A model generated the notes under the pieces. That model worked only from the letters and a program-made list of their open reading frames with translations, was not told the origin of the DNA and did not search any database. Positions 22,232 to 36,278 of a DNA stretch of 64,000 bases are shown here, piece by piece. The DNA lies in assembly GCA_963806225.1 (NCBI GenBank), contig CAWDXG010000001.1, positions 256,001 to 320,000 on the forward strand, read 5' to 3'. The stretch's first letter is position 1. Each line of letters starts with the position of its first letter. The DNA is from an uncultured delta proteobacterium (lineage in GTDB: Bacteria > Myxococcota_A > Polyangia > Polyangiales > Polyangiaceae). Both the position numbers and the translations under genes were made by a program.

Positions 22232-22769
22232 TCGACTCCGCCGTCGCCGAGCGCTACGGGCGCGCCATCTTCGAGCTGGGCGTCGAGACGAACCAGCAGG
22301 CGCCGCTCACCGCGCAGATCCAGAAGTTTGCCGAGTTGTACGCGGGGAGCCCCGAGCTAAGAGCATGCTCGACAATCCGCTCGTCGAGGAATCCAAGCGC
22401 GAGGCAGTGCTCAAGGACCTGGCGGCGAGGCTCGGGCTCGGTGAGCTCGCGGTCAACACGCTCAGGCTGCTCGCCGAGCGCCGCCGGCTCTACGCCCTGC
22501 CCGACATCGCGCGACGCCTCGGCACGCTCGCGGACGAGAAGGCCGGCGTTGTGCGCGCCATCGTGACCAGCGCTGCCCCGCTCCCGGACAGCTACTACCA
22601 GAAGCTGTCCGCCGAGCTCGAGAAGGCGACCTCCCGCAAGATCGTGATCGAGAAGAAGCAGGACCCATCGCTGATTGCGGGTGTCGTGACCCGCATCGGC
22701 GACAACACGATCGACGGCAGCCTCAAGGGCCGTCTGGAGGAGCTCGAGCGTCAGCTCCTGCACACCTGA
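22228..22769 (+). CDS. atpH: ATP synthase F1 subunit delta; one frameshift near 22360
   Basis: [52 protein letters not shown]. Confidence 0.92.
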
Positions 22770-22847
22770 TCCGAACGAAACCGGGTCGTGGCCTCGGCCA
22801 CGGCTCCCACAGCCTCCCCGGGCCGACAGCCCTCCGAGAGAACCATC

Positions 22848-24529
<1,682 letters not shown>

Positions 24530-24532
24530 GCG

Positions 24533-25458
<926 letters not shown>

Positions 25459-25468
25459 GCGACAACGC

Positions 25469-26233
25469 ATGGCCTCCCGCAAGAAGAAGGCGTCGCGCAA
25501 GAGGCGCAAGAACCAACGGCAGAAGAGCGTGCGGGCCAAGCAGCACGGCCTGCCGGCGCGCGAGGTCGAACGGCCGTCGCGACCCGTGTCCGACGACGAG
25601 CACGACAGCGAACCCGGGAGCGAGAAGCCCGTCGCGAAGAAGAAGGCGGCGGCCAAGCGCAAGAAGGCGCGCGCCCGTCCGAGGGAAGAGCGCGACAGCG
25701 AGCCCGAGTCCGAGCCGGAACCAGTGCCCGCGGCGGGCATCGGCGCGACCCTGGCGGCGCTACCGCTCTCGGCGAAGGTTGGCGCGGCGGCCGTGCTGGT
25801 TGGCATCATCATCTTCGCCGTGATGCGCATGCGCCAGCCGCAGGCATCCGCTCCGGCCGCCAGCGCCGAGCCGGAAACCCCGGTCACCGTCGCGGCAGGT
25901 GCACCGGATGCCGCGACGGCGCCGGTCGAAGCTTCCGCCTCCGCGCCGGTTGAAGCTTCCGCCTCTGCGCCCGCCGAGGAGAAGTCGGCAGCGCCCCCCG
26001 CGCCGAAGCCCCCCGCGCCGAAGCCTCCCGCGCCGAAGCCTCCGCCGCGCCGACCTGCGCCGAAGGTCCCGGCGCCGAAGCCGCCTCCGGGCTCCGAGCC
26101 GAAGCCCGCCGCGCCCGCGCCCGCGCCGAAGCCCGCCGCGCCCGCGCCCGCGTCGAAGCCCGCCGCGCCCGCGCCCGCGCCGAAGCCCGCTCCGGTGAAG
26201 CCGGCGCAGCCTTCGCCGGACAACCCGTACTGA
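25469..26233 (+). CDS. Hypothetical bitopic membrane protein: basic N-terminus, one TM helix, Pro/Ala/Lys-rich tail
   Basis: MASRKKKASRKRRK...; TM VGAAAVLVGIIIFAVM; PKPPA and PKPAAPAPA repeats; ends PDNPY. Confidence 0.72.
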   Translation: MASRKKKASRKRRKNQRQKSVRAKQHGLPAREVERPSRPVSDDEHDSEPGSEKPVAKKKAAAKRKKARARPREERDSEPESEPEPVPAAGIGATLAALPLSAKVGAAAVLVGIIIFAVMRMRQPQASAPAASAEPETPVTVAAGAPDAATAPVEASASAPVEASASAPAEEKSAAPPAPKPPAPKPPAPKPPPRRPAPKVPAPKPPPGSEPKPAAPAPAPKPAAPAPASKPAAPAPAPKPAPVKPAQPSPDNPY

Positions 26234-26329
26234 GTCGCCGCCGCAAACTGGCCCGCGCAGGCCGGTGGATGCGACACGGGTCTTGAACGCGCGGTCGGGG
26301 CTGCGACACTTACCGGAGGAGGCTGTCGA

Positions 26330-28166
<1,837 letters not shown>

Positions 28167-28207
28167 CGGGCTTGACAGCGCGCCGGTTGGCGGCTCATTT
28201 GGCGAAC

Positions 28208-28975
28208 ATGCGTCTCCCTGCGTCTCTGCTCACCGGAATTTTCCTGCTCGCGCCGCTGTGCAGCTGCGGCGGCGCCAAGCCGCCTCCAGCGAAGGCTCCT
28301 GATCCCGCCACTCCCGCCGCTTCTGCCAAGCAGTCCGCGTCGGCGAAGGACGCTCCGGCGAGCGATGCCGAGGAAGAAGGTGCACCGCACACGATGCCGA
28401 CGAAGTGCGCGAGAACGGGCGACGTGTGCACGCCCAGCTCGAAGTTCGTCAACAGGCTTTGCGCCGGCGACTTCCCGAACGCCACGCTGTACATGTTCTC
28501 CAAGGCTTCGCCGTGGACGCATGGCTACCTCACGCGCAAGACCAAGGCGTGGAACGCCTCGGGCGGCGCGTCCGAAAGCGGCTGGGTGGACTTCGACGAG
28601 GAGGTCGTCATCCTGCGCGAGCGCAAGCCCGACAAGAACGGCATGCAGGTCAGCGGCGCCGGCGGCGGCTACGACGCCCTGCGCTGGGACGGCGCCTGCG
28701 TCACGCTTGCCAAGGAAGAGCTCACGCTCTCGAAGCCCCCCGCACCGAAGGCCACCAAGGTCACCTTCCGGTTCCTCTCCGACCCCATGCAGCAGGCATT
28801 GCGCAAGGATGACGCCGTCACGAAGGCGTACCGGGCGCGGCGCAAATACTGCAAGGGCGCTACGATGGGCGAGGTCAGCTTGAAATGCGTCAAGGCCGAC
28901 GCCAAGCTGAGCCAGGTGGTCGTGGACTACATCCGCAACGGTGGCACGCTGCCTGTGCCGCAGAAAATCCCGTAG
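28208..28975 (+). CDS. Hypothetical Cys-containing lipoprotein
   Basis: MRLPASLL...LCSC lipobox, Pro/Ala linker, globular domain with several Cys; coding-like codon usage. Confidence 0.72.
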   Translation: MRLPASLLTGIFLLAPLCSCGGAKPPPAKAPDPATPAASAKQSASAKDAPASDAEEEGAPHTMPTKCARTGDVCTPSSKFVNRLCAGDFPNATLYMFSKASPWTHGYLTRKTKAWNASGGASESGWVDFDEEVVILRERKPDKNGMQVSGAGGGYDALRWDGACVTLAKEELTLSKPPAPKATKVTFRFLSDPMQQALRKDDAVTKAYRARRKYCKGATMGEVSLKCVKADAKLSQVVVDYIRNGGTLPVPQKIP

Positions 28976-29005
28976 ACCGCGGCGGACCCCAACAGGAGCA
29001 AAGCG

Positions 29006-29338
29006 ATGGCAATGTCGGAAATCGGACAGGAGCTGGCCCGCCTCGCCCTGAAGAAGCTCGGCGAGGTCGACATGAAGGAGGCGGCCGACGCCGTCAAGGC
29101 GATCGGCAAGGCGTCCACCGGCGCGGCGCTGCTGCCCGGCCTTGGCTCGTTCGGCATCGGCGTCGCCCTCGGCGTCGGCGTGACGCTGCTCGTCGCGCCC
29201 CGCTCCGGCAAGGCAACGCGCGCGCTCGTCGCGAAGAAGTTCAACGCGCTGCGCGGCAAGCTCGTCGGCGAGCCTGCGCCGGCGGAGCGCGAGCCGCACA
29301 GCGACACCATCGAGGCGCGCGGCACCGTCGTCAGCTGA
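29006..29338 (+). CDS. YtxH-like small membrane protein
   Basis: FGIGVALGVGVTLLVAPRSGKATR matches the YtxH LL.AP.SG.E.R pattern; AGGAG RBS upstream. Confidence 0.78.
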   Translation: MAMSEIGQELARLALKKLGEVDMKEAADAVKAIGKASTGAALLPGLGSFGIGVALGVGVTLLVAPRSGKATRALVAKKFNALRGKLVGEPAPAEREPHSDTIEARGTVVS

Positions 29339-29344
29339 CACAAC

Positions 29345-29510
29345 GCGCACGTCGCTGTCCCGCTCAGGTGCCCACTGCGACCAGGGCTTCTGCGTGACCG
29401 AGTACGGCGCGCCGATCATCCCGGATGCCGGAAAGGACGGGGGCGCGGACGCCGGCCCGGACGCAGCCGATGGCGGCATGAATGCCGACGCGGGTGACGC
29501 GGGCCTGTAG
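29345..29510 (+). pseudogene. Orphan 3' remnant of a Cys/DAG-rich exported protein gene
   Basis: Reads ...AHCDQGFCVTEYGAPIIPDAGKDGGADAGPDAADGGMNADAGDAGL-stop with no start codon or signal peptide upstream in frame. Confidence 0.45.
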
Positions 29511-29528
29511 GGTCCGTGTGTTGCGGGT

Positions 29529-29945
29529 TCACTCCGGGTCGCCGAGCAGGCCTGCCGCTATCGCGCCGAAGCGTCGCAAGTCGTCGCGCACGGCTCGGGC
29601 GAGCAGCTCCAGGTCGATCGCCACGTAGTCGTGCACCAGGATGTCGCGCATCGCTGCGGCCTCGCCGAGCCGCTGGGCGAGAGCCTCGTCGAGCACGCCG
29701 TGGCGCGCGAGCACGAGGAACGCCGCGCGTGCCGTGTCCGGCGGCGTCCACCCGCGAGCCGCCACCAGGTGATAGGCGATGTCGATGCAGGCCTCGACGG
29801 CGACCTGGAGTCAGCGCTGCACGGCTGCCTGGAGCACGGCATCGCTCGCGAGCCGTGCAGCGTCGCCGCCGTCCGAGCGCTCCAGATGTTGCAGCGCCCC
29901 TCCCATCACGAGCACGCGCCGTGCGACGACGTCTTCATCGACCAC
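29529..29945 (-). pseudogene. hepT: HEPN/DUF86 (HepT-like) RNase toxin with an in-frame stop
   Basis: MVDEDVVARR...LQAAVQR*LQVAVEACIDIAYHLVA...MRDILVHDY; in-frame TGA at 29811-29813; RX4H motif present. Confidence 0.8.
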
Positions 29946-30132
29946 GCGTGGCCTCGTCCATCTTGCGGCCGGCGCGGCGCGCCGTCGAGCTCTGGCGCGT
30001 ACGCCACGGCGATGTCCACGTCGCTGTCGGGGCGGGCCGCCCGCCGGCGCGCGAGCCGAACAGGTACGCCACGTCGACGGCGGACTCTGCTTCGACCACC
30101 GCCGCCACGGTCTATGCGAGCTCGCCGGCCAT
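29946..30132 (-). pseudogene. mntA: Minimal nucleotidyltransferase (MntA-like antitoxin), degraded
   Basis: MAGELA*TVAAVVEAESAVDVAYLFGSRA [frameshift] ARPDSDVDIAV; GS...DxD motif; in-frame TAG, frameshift and missing C-terminal half. Confidence 0.72.
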
Positions 30133-30150
30133 GTGGCGAAGGGTAGCACG

Positions 30151-30196
30151 GGGTGGTGGGCCCGGGCGCGGCGGAGCCGCGCGTTTGGGACCACCC
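30151..30196. repeat. GC-rich hairpin / REP-like palindrome
   Basis: GGGTGGT...ACCACCC outer stem and GCGCGG-CGGAG-CCGCGC inner stem. Confidence 0.55.
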
Positions 30197-30389
30197 GGCG
30201 CGCGGAACGGAGCCCGGAGGGCGGAGCGAGCACGGCGGGCCGCGGAGCGACGCGGAAGTGCGGAGGGCATCCACCCAAAGCCCTCGTTCTGCGCCTCCGG
30301 CTGATCAGCGTGACGGATGGACCGCATCGGGTGCGGATGTTGTAGAGTGCGCGCCCTCCGCGGAAACATGCGCGGACCAAGGAGGCGAA

Positions 30390-31154
30390 GTGGATCCGAA
30401 AGGCAAGGTTGCGCTGGTAACGGGCGGGGCATCGGGACTCGGCAAGGCGACGGTGCAGGCGCTCGTCGCGCGCGGCGCCAAGGTGGTGGTTGTCGACAAG
30501 GCGAAGGAAGCCGGCGAGGCGCTCGCGAAAGAGCTGGGCGACGCGGCGGCCTTCGTGGAGTGCGATGTGACGGACGAGGCGGCGATGCAGAAGGCCGTGG
30601 CGCGCGCCAAGGAGCTCGGCGGGCTCGACATCGCCGTCGGCTGCGCCGGCATCGGCACCGCGGGGCGCGTGGTCGGCAAGAGCGGGCCGTTCAACCTCGG
30701 CCTCTTCGAGCTGACCATCAAGGTGAACCTCGTCGGCATGTTCAACATGGTGCGGCTGTGCGCCGAGGCGATGATCGGCAACGAGCCCGACGCGGAAGGC
30801 GAGCGCGGCGTGATCATCACCACGGCGTCGATCGCGGCCTTCGACGGGCAGATCGGCCAGTGCGCCTACAGCGCGTCGAAGGCCGGCGTGGCGGGCATGA
30901 CGCTGCCCATCGCGCGCGAGCTGTCGCGCTTCGGTGTGCGCGTGCTCACCATCGCGCCGGGGCTGTTCGACACGCCGATGATGGCGGGGCTGCCGGCGGA
31001 AGCGAAGACGGCGCTCGAAGCCAGCGTGCCCTTCCCGCCGCGTCTCGGCCGTCCGCCGGAGTACGCGAAGCTGGCGCTGGATATCGTCGAGAACACCATG
31101 CTCAACGGCGAGACCATCCGCCTCGACGGCTCGCTGCGCATGGCGCCCAAGTAG
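30390..31154 (+). CDS. Short-chain dehydrogenase, 3-hydroxyacyl-CoA dehydrogenase type 2 (HSD17B10-like)
   Basis: [56 protein letters not shown] before GTG 30390. Confidence 0.93.
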   Translation: MDPKGKVALVTGGASGLGKATVQALVARGAKVVVVDKAKEAGEALAKELGDAAAFVECDVTDEAAMQKAVARAKELGGLDIAVGCAGIGTAGRVVGKSGPFNLGLFELTIKVNLVGMFNMVRLCAEAMIGNEPDAEGERGVIITTASIAAFDGQIGQCAYSASKAGVAGMTLPIARELSRFGVRVLTIAPGLFDTPMMAGLPAEAKTALEASVPFPPRLGRPPEYAKLALDIVENTMLNGETIRLDGSLRMAPK

Positions 31155-31188
31155 CATCCCGCCCACCCACCCCCGCCGGAATCCTCCG

Positions 31189-31217
31189 CCGGGGGCTCAC
31201 CGCCCCCGGACCCCCGA
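31189..31217. repeat. REP-like palindrome between convergent genes (possible terminator)
   Basis: CCGGGGGC-TCACC-GCCCCCGG perfect 8-bp stem followed by ACCCCCGA. Confidence 0.55.
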
Positions 31218-31293
31218 CGCGCCTCGCTGCGCTCCGCGCGGGCTTGCTGTCGCTGCGCCGGGTTGCGCGCCTCGGCGTGGATCCTGTGTTCGC

Positions 31294-32559
31294 CTACGGC
31301 AGTGGCTGCGAGAACGTGTCCCGCACCTTGCCGGTCTCGTCGATGGTGCGGCCGGACAGGCTCGTGTCGTCGACCTTGATGATCTCGGCGAAGCGGTACG
31401 AGCCGACGGCAGTGCGCATGGAGCAGGTGGGGCGGGAGATGTTCTTGCTCGGGTCGCCGATGGCGCCGCCGCCGCCGGCGACGGTGAGGTAGGTGATGGT
31501 CTTCGAGGGGTCGCTTGTCTCGGGCACCTCGAAGTGCTCGTAGCCGTGCATGTGGCCCTGCAGCACCAGCCGGACGCCGTACTGCTCGAAGAGCGGTGTC
31601 AGAGCTGCTCGCTCGGTGTCCTTCTGCGAGGTGTCGCCGCAGGTGAGCAGCGGACGGTGCAGGAAGACCACGCTGAAGCGATAGCCCGGCTGCCCCGCCG
31701 CGTCGGCGAGCTCCTTCTTGAACCAGTCGAACTGCGTCGAGCCCGCGACGACGTCCGCCTCGGTGTCCATCGAGAAGAACCACACGCCGCCGCTCTCGAA
31801 GCGGTACCAGCCGTCGGTACCGTCGAAGCCCGCGCCGCCGAAGAAGCGCGAGTAGTACTCCTGGTACTCGTCCGGCTTCTCCATCTCGTGGTTGCCGATG
31901 CACGGCAGGAACGCTCCGTGCGACAGGATCGGCGACATCGCCGGGAACCAGTACGCCCAGGTCTCGAGCCCCGAAGCGTAGTACTGCACATCGCCGCCGT
32001 GGATCGTGAAGTCGTAGGGCTCGCCGTCGATCACCTTCTCGACATTCTTCAGGTGCTCGCCGAGCCCGGGATTCGTGTCCGCGATCGCCATGAACGTGAA
32101 CGGGTCGCCCGGCGCGCGCGCCGTGCAGAAGCGCCCGGTGTCGCTCTTGTCGGCCGAAAGCACGTACGAGTAGCAGGTCGCAGGCGAGAGCCCGTCGAGC
32201 TTCACCTCGTGCGTCCAGTACGTGCCGGCGGCGTCCGGCGGCGCGGCGGGATTGAGCGGCGCCGTGTACGTCTCCTTGATCTCGAAGGCCTTCGACGTGG
32301 AGTCGAACTGCTTCGAGCCCTGGCCCTTCTCCGGCGTGAGCGTGAGCTTGCCGTCGGTGCCGTCACGGCAGGCTTCCCAGCGCACGACGGCCGAGCTGCC
32401 GTCGACGTGCAGCACCCAGGGGCGCTTGCTCACGCCACTGGCGGGGCAGACCGCACCGGCGTCGCCGCCAGCGTCCTTTCCGGAATGTTGCGAACCGTTG
32501 CTGCTGTTGCCGCAGGCCGGAAGCGCCAGCGCCAGCAGGACAAGAAAAGCCGATTTCAC
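31294..32559 (-). CDS. Purple acid phosphatase-like metallophosphoesterase lipoprotein
   Basis: Lipobox LPAC; Fn3-like HEVKLDGLSPATCYSY; IADT, GGDVQY, GNHE, FLHRP and GHMHGYE motifs. Confidence 0.88.
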   Translation of the reverse strand: MKSAFLVLLALALPACGNSSNGSQHSGKDAGGDAGAVCPASGVSKRPWVLHVDGSSAVVRWEACRDGTDGKLTLTPEKGQGSKQFDSTSKAFEIKETYTAPLNPAAPPDAAGTYWTHEVKLDGLSPATCYSYVLSADKSDTGRFCTARAPGDPFTFMAIADTNPGLGEHLKNVEKVIDGEPYDFTIHGGDVQYYASGLETWAYWFPAMSPILSHGAFLPCIGNHEMEKPDEYQEYYSRFFGGAGFDGTDGWYRFESGGVWFFSMDTEADVVAGSTQFDWFKKELADAAGQPGYRFSVVFLHRPLLTCGDTSQKDTERAALTPLFEQYGVRLVLQGHMHGYEHFEVPETSDPSKTITYLTVAGGGGAIGDPSKNISRPTCSMRTAVGSYRFAEIIKVDDTSLSGRTIDETGKVRDTFSQPLP

Positions 32560-32629
32560 GACGGCAGGCTAGCATCGAGCTTCTCGCTTGTCCCAGACGA
32601 GGCGCAAGCGCGCCGTGTATAGTGCGGCG

Positions 32630-33019
32630 ATGAGCTCGGGCTTGTCCGGAGATGTCCGGTGGGAGCGTCGCGATGCGCTGCTCCGCCTGATCGCCTTCCT
32701 GTCCGTCGCGTTGCCTTTGTCGGTGATGCTTGCGATCTCGTTCATGGTCACGCCAGGCGACATCGAGAGCGGGCGCGTCGTGCTGTCGGGGCCGTGTACG
32801 TTCCACCAGCTGTTCGGCCTCGACTGCCCGATGTGCGGCATGACGCGGGCGTTCGCTGCGCTCGGCCACGGGTGGCTGCTCGCCGCGTGGGGCTACAATC
32901 GCGCTGCGCCGATCATGTATTTTGCCTTCTGGGCTGCGACAGCCTGGGCTTCCGGCGGGGCTGCCGGTGCGCTTTCCGATCTGCTGCCGGCGCGTGCCGT
33001 GCCCACGGAGGAGGGATGA
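32630..33019 (+). CDS. DUF2752 family membrane protein
   Basis: CTFHQLFGLDCPMCGMTRAF...HG...AW.YN signature. Confidence 0.88.
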   Translation: MSSGLSGDVRWERRDALLRLIAFLSVALPLSVMLAISFMVTPGDIESGRVVLSGPCTFHQLFGLDCPMCGMTRAFAALGHGWLLAAWGYNRAAPIMYFAFWAATAWASGGAAGALSDLLPARAVPTEEG

Positions 33020-33510
33020 ATCCGCCGCCTGGAGGCTACGGTCCGCCGCCCGGTCCGCCCGGCGGTTTCGTCCCGCCGCCTGGAGGTGCGCCGCCCGGTG
33101 GCGCACCTCCGCCGGGAGCTCCGCCGGGCGGTGGCTTCACGCCTCCGGGCTGGAATGCTCCACCGGGCGGCTACGGCGTCGGGCTGCCGCCGGGCGTGAG
33201 CCCCAGCGCCGGCTACGGCGGCCCGCCGGGCGCGGCGCAGGACCAGCTGGCGATCGTCTCGCTGCTGCTCGGCGTGTTCAGTCTGCTCCTGATGTTCTGC
33301 TGCGGGCCGCTGTCGATCGTGCTTGGCATCGCGGCGGTCACGTTCGGGCTGGTGTCGATCTCGCGCATCAACAAGGAGCCCATGCGCTACCGCGGCAAGG
33401 GCACCGCGATCGCCGGTGTCGTCGTCGGCGCGCTCGGCGCACTCGGCTACGTGCTCATGATCGCGTTGTTCGGAGCCTTCAGCGTCCTGTCGTCGCACGG
33501 CTGGCCGTGA
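33016..33510 (+). CDS. DUF4190 family membrane protein with Pro/Gly-rich N-terminus
   Basis: LAIVSLLLGV...CCG...GKGTAIAGVVVG; ATGA overlap with the upstream gene. Confidence 0.85.
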   Translation: MNPPPGGYGPPPGPPGGFVPPPGGAPPGGAPPPGAPPGGGFTPPGWNAPPGGYGVGLPPGVSPSAGYGGPPGAAQDQLAIVSLLLGVFSLLLMFCCGPLSIVLGIAAVTFGLVSISRINKEPMRYRGKGTAIAGVVVGALGALGYVLMIALFGAFSVLSSHGWP

Positions 33511-33519
33511 GCGACGCGC

Positions 33520-34824
33520 TCAGCCGGGGCGCCACACCGCGCCGAGGTTCCAGCGCTCGAGCCCGTGGACTCCGGGAATGTGCGCGCCCGCGATCCTGAG
33601 CTCGCCCACGATGCCGAGCGCGAGCGTACGCGCGATGTCGCGCGGATCGAACTTCGAGAGCCGCGGCGGGTGGCGGGCCAGCGCGGCGTCCGCCGCGGTG
33701 AGCAGCGAAAGGAGTGTCGTCTTTCCCGGTGGACCAATGGGACGGACGAAATCGAGCATCAGCGCGAACCGCCGTTCTGCCCGTCGGCGCTTCAGCGCCG
33801 CCCATCCCTGGGGCAGGGGGCGCACCTCGTGACCGGGCCGCGATAGCAGCGCGGCGAGCGCGCGCGCGATCTCGACAAGGTGCGGCGCGTCGTCGCGCAC
33901 CAGCAGATCCGCGGGCGCGCCGCCCCAGGCGTAGCTGCCGCTCGGCGAGGTCAGCCCGTGCAGGCCCAGATAGGCGAGGCGCGACGGTGGCACCGCGTCC
34001 AGCAGTCCCTGGGCGACGCCGGGCGCACCCCAGCTGCCCGCGTCGCGCCCCGTTCTCAGCACGACCCAGCCGAACGGCCCCGCGTCGAAGTCCACCGCAC
34101 CCGCGCGCGGGCGGTGCAGCCCGCGGCCGAGCCAGCCCACGTCGGCCTCGCCGGCCTCGAACGCGCGCAGCGCGCCGGCCAGGTCCGCGGCGCGCGCCAC
34201 CCGGATGCGATCGAGGTACGCCGCGCCGCGCGCGGCGTGCAGGTTCTGCACGAGCGTCAGGCTCTGGCCGCGCGGGGTCGCCCGGAACGCTCCGGTGCCG
34301 TCGGGCGCGGACGCCGAGAACGCGCGGGGCAGGAGAGCGGTGATCGGGCTCGACAGCGCCCTGGCCAGCGCGTCGGGATCCGCGCCCGGAACCAGCACCG
34401 CCAGCGGATTGTCCGGGTCGCGAACCGGTCTGCCGAAAGGCGCCAGGAGCGCCAGCCCGCCGCGCGCGGCGGAGCGTCGGAGCGACCAGACCAGATCGCG
34501 CGAGTCCAGACCGCGACCCCGCGCCGTGGACATCAGCGGCCTGAGCGCGACGCGTGTGCCCTTCGGCGTGCGCTCGGGCAGGCTGGCGGCCAATGCGGGG
34601 TAGGGGCGGCCGTGCGCGTCGATCGCGTACAGCGGATCGGCGATGGCCGACGCGAACAGCGCCGCGGCCGGGTCGTCGATCTCGTGCGGATCGATGCTGG
34701 CGAGCGGCCAGGGTAGCGAGAGCGCCAGCCGCCCTCCGTAGGGAATGCGGCCGAGGGCGTGCGCCGCTCCAGCACTCGTGACGCCCAGTAGCCAGGCGCG
34801 CCGACCCAGCCGCCAGCCGTTCAG
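33520..34824 (-). CDS. ABC transporter substrate-binding protein, family 5-like (start uncertain)
   Basis: GRIPYGGRL, SIDPH, PYPALA, DLVWSLRR, DGTGAFR, AYLDRI, AFEAGEADV; GRRAWLL twin-arginine-like signal. Confidence 0.65.
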   Translation of the reverse strand: MNGWRLGRRAWLLGVTSAGAAHALGRIPYGGRLALSLPWPLASIDPHEIDDPAAALFASAIADPLYAIDAHGRPYPALAASLPERTPKGTRVALRPLMSTARGRGLDSRDLVWSLRRSAARGGLALLAPFGRPVRDPDNPLAVLVPGADPDALARALSSPITALLPRAFSASAPDGTGAFRATPRGQSLTLVQNLHAARGAAYLDRIRVARAADLAGALRAFEAGEADVGWLGRGLHRPRAGAVDFDAGPFGWVVLRTGRDAGSWGAPGVAQGLLDAVPPSRLAYLGLHGLTSPSGSYAWGGAPADLLVRDDAPHLVEIARALAALLSRPGHEVRPLPQGWAALKRRRAERRFALMLDFVRPIGPPGKTTLLSLLTAADAALARHPPRLSKFDPRDIARTLALGIVGELRIAGAHIPGVHGLERWNLGAVWRPG

Positions 34825-36194
34825 CGGACCACCCAAACTCCGCCTCCGGTGGCGATCGCGACGGGCGCCGGACCCTCGTCTTCCGGCGGGCATACGGCCA
34901 GCGCGTGCACGCCGTCCGGCACGGCCAGCCTGAGCCGTTCCACCACGCGGCCGTCGTCGCGCCAGGTGCGCACGATCAAGGCGTCGGCGTGTGGATCCAG
35001 CGTGTCCGCTCCGCTCAGGAGCTCGGGCTGCCCGTCGCCGTCCACGTCGCCGACCGCGAGCTGGGCGCCGACCCCGTCCACGCGCGCGGTGCGCCCGCGG
35101 TCGTCGCGGAGCAGAGCGACGGACTTGTTCGCGATGCGTTCAACGCGGAAGCGATGCGCGGTCCCGTCGCGCCCGCGGATCAGCGCGCCGGCGACGGCGT
35201 CGGCCGGGCTCGCGAATCCGGAGAGCGCGACGTCGCCGTCGTTCGGTTGACAGGGTTCGATGTGCGTGGACAGCGCCACGCCGGCGAAGCGCACGCAGCC
35301 GCCAGGTGACCAGGGGATCCGCCGCGGAACCTTGGCGAGCGGCTTCAACCCGGCGTCGAGCCGGACCTCGTCGGCGCGGTCGCTGATGCCAACGTCGATG
35401 TGCCCGGGGTGGAGCGAGATGGCGCCGAGCGGCTGTCCGAGCGGGAACGGTGCGACCGGCGACAGCGTCGACCAGGCGACGGACGCGCGCGGGACCAGTC
35501 GTCCGGAGCGCAGGCGTCCGACGTTGATCCCGTGGCGTCCGGCCAGCACGAGCTCGAGCCCGCCGTCGCCTGCGACGTCGCCGCAGGCGACGGCCACCGG
35601 CTGTCGCTCGGGCGAGCTCGCCTTGTCGATGTGGCTCACCACCAGGCGGACCGGTGGCAGGAAGGATCGCACCTCGGCGTCGATGCGACGGCTGGCGAAG
35701 GCGTGGTGGATCGGGCTCGGGTCCGGATCGCGCACGCGGTCCCAGAAGTTGTGCGGTACGGGGTACTCGTCGGCGGTTACCTGGAGCTTGCCGCCCGCGA
35801 TGCGCGGCTGCAGGTAGACGAGGGTGCCCGCATCGCTGGCGAGCGAGCGCGCCCGGGCGAGCCCTGCGGGCTTGTCGTAGGCCCGGACCTGGTGGCCTGC
35901 CGCGCCGGCCGTGACCCGCGCGATCCGCCCCACGAGAGCGTCTTTTCTGTCGACCTTGACCTCGCTTACGAGCGGTGCCGCGACCACCAGCGTCCGTGCC
36001 GGCAGGGCGCCGAGGGCGCCCGACAGCTCACACGCTATCTCGCTGATCGCGCTTCTCTGGCCGTGGCTGCAGGCGTGTGGGTGTGGCGGCCCGGGCCGCC
36101 GGCCTGAGGGCGGAACGGCTGCAGCTGGCGCTGCAGGAGCGGCCTCGGCGGCCAGAAGACCAGCCAGCAGAATCGCCTGGAAGGCGGGGCGCAT
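34821..36194 (-). CDS. Hypothetical secreted protein with FG-GAP/VCBS-like motifs
   Basis: Signal peptide; CGDVAGDGGLELV and VGDVDGDGQPELL motifs. Confidence 0.68.
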   Translation of the reverse strand: MRPAFQAILLAGLLAAEAAPAAPAAAVPPSGRRPGPPHPHACSHGQRSAISEIACELSGALGALPARTLVVAAPLVSEVKVDRKDALVGRIARVTAGAAGHQVRAYDKPAGLARARSLASDAGTLVYLQPRIAGGKLQVTADEYPVPHNFWDRVRDPDPSPIHHAFASRRIDAEVRSFLPPVRLVVSHIDKASSPERQPVAVACGDVAGDGGLELVLAGRHGINVGRLRSGRLVPRASVAWSTLSPVAPFPLGQPLGAISLHPGHIDVGISDRADEVRLDAGLKPLAKVPRRIPWSPGGCVRFAGVALSTHIEPCQPNDGDVALSGFASPADAVAGALIRGRDGTAHRFRVERIANKSVALLRDDRGRTARVDGVGAQLAVGDVDGDGQPELLSGADTLDPHADALIVRTWRDDGRVVERLRLAVPDGVHALAVCPPEDEGPAPVAIATGGGVWVVR

Positions 36195-36278
36195 GAGTAT
36201 TCCCTCGGGTTCCTGGATCGCGCGCGCGACAATTAATGGAGCCGCGCGGGAACCATCCTATGATATCGGATCGGGAGC

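Noticed and set aside
28167..28260. Tn7-like element at the attTn7 site downstream of glmS
   Set aside because: No TGT-initiated transposon end, TnsB-site repeats or tns genes; a lipoprotein gene starts 41 nt after the stop
29811..29813. Selenocysteine or readthrough at the in-frame TGA in the HEPN gene
   Set aside because: The position fits a Trp codon (TGG to TGA) rather than a Cys site, and the partner gene is also broken
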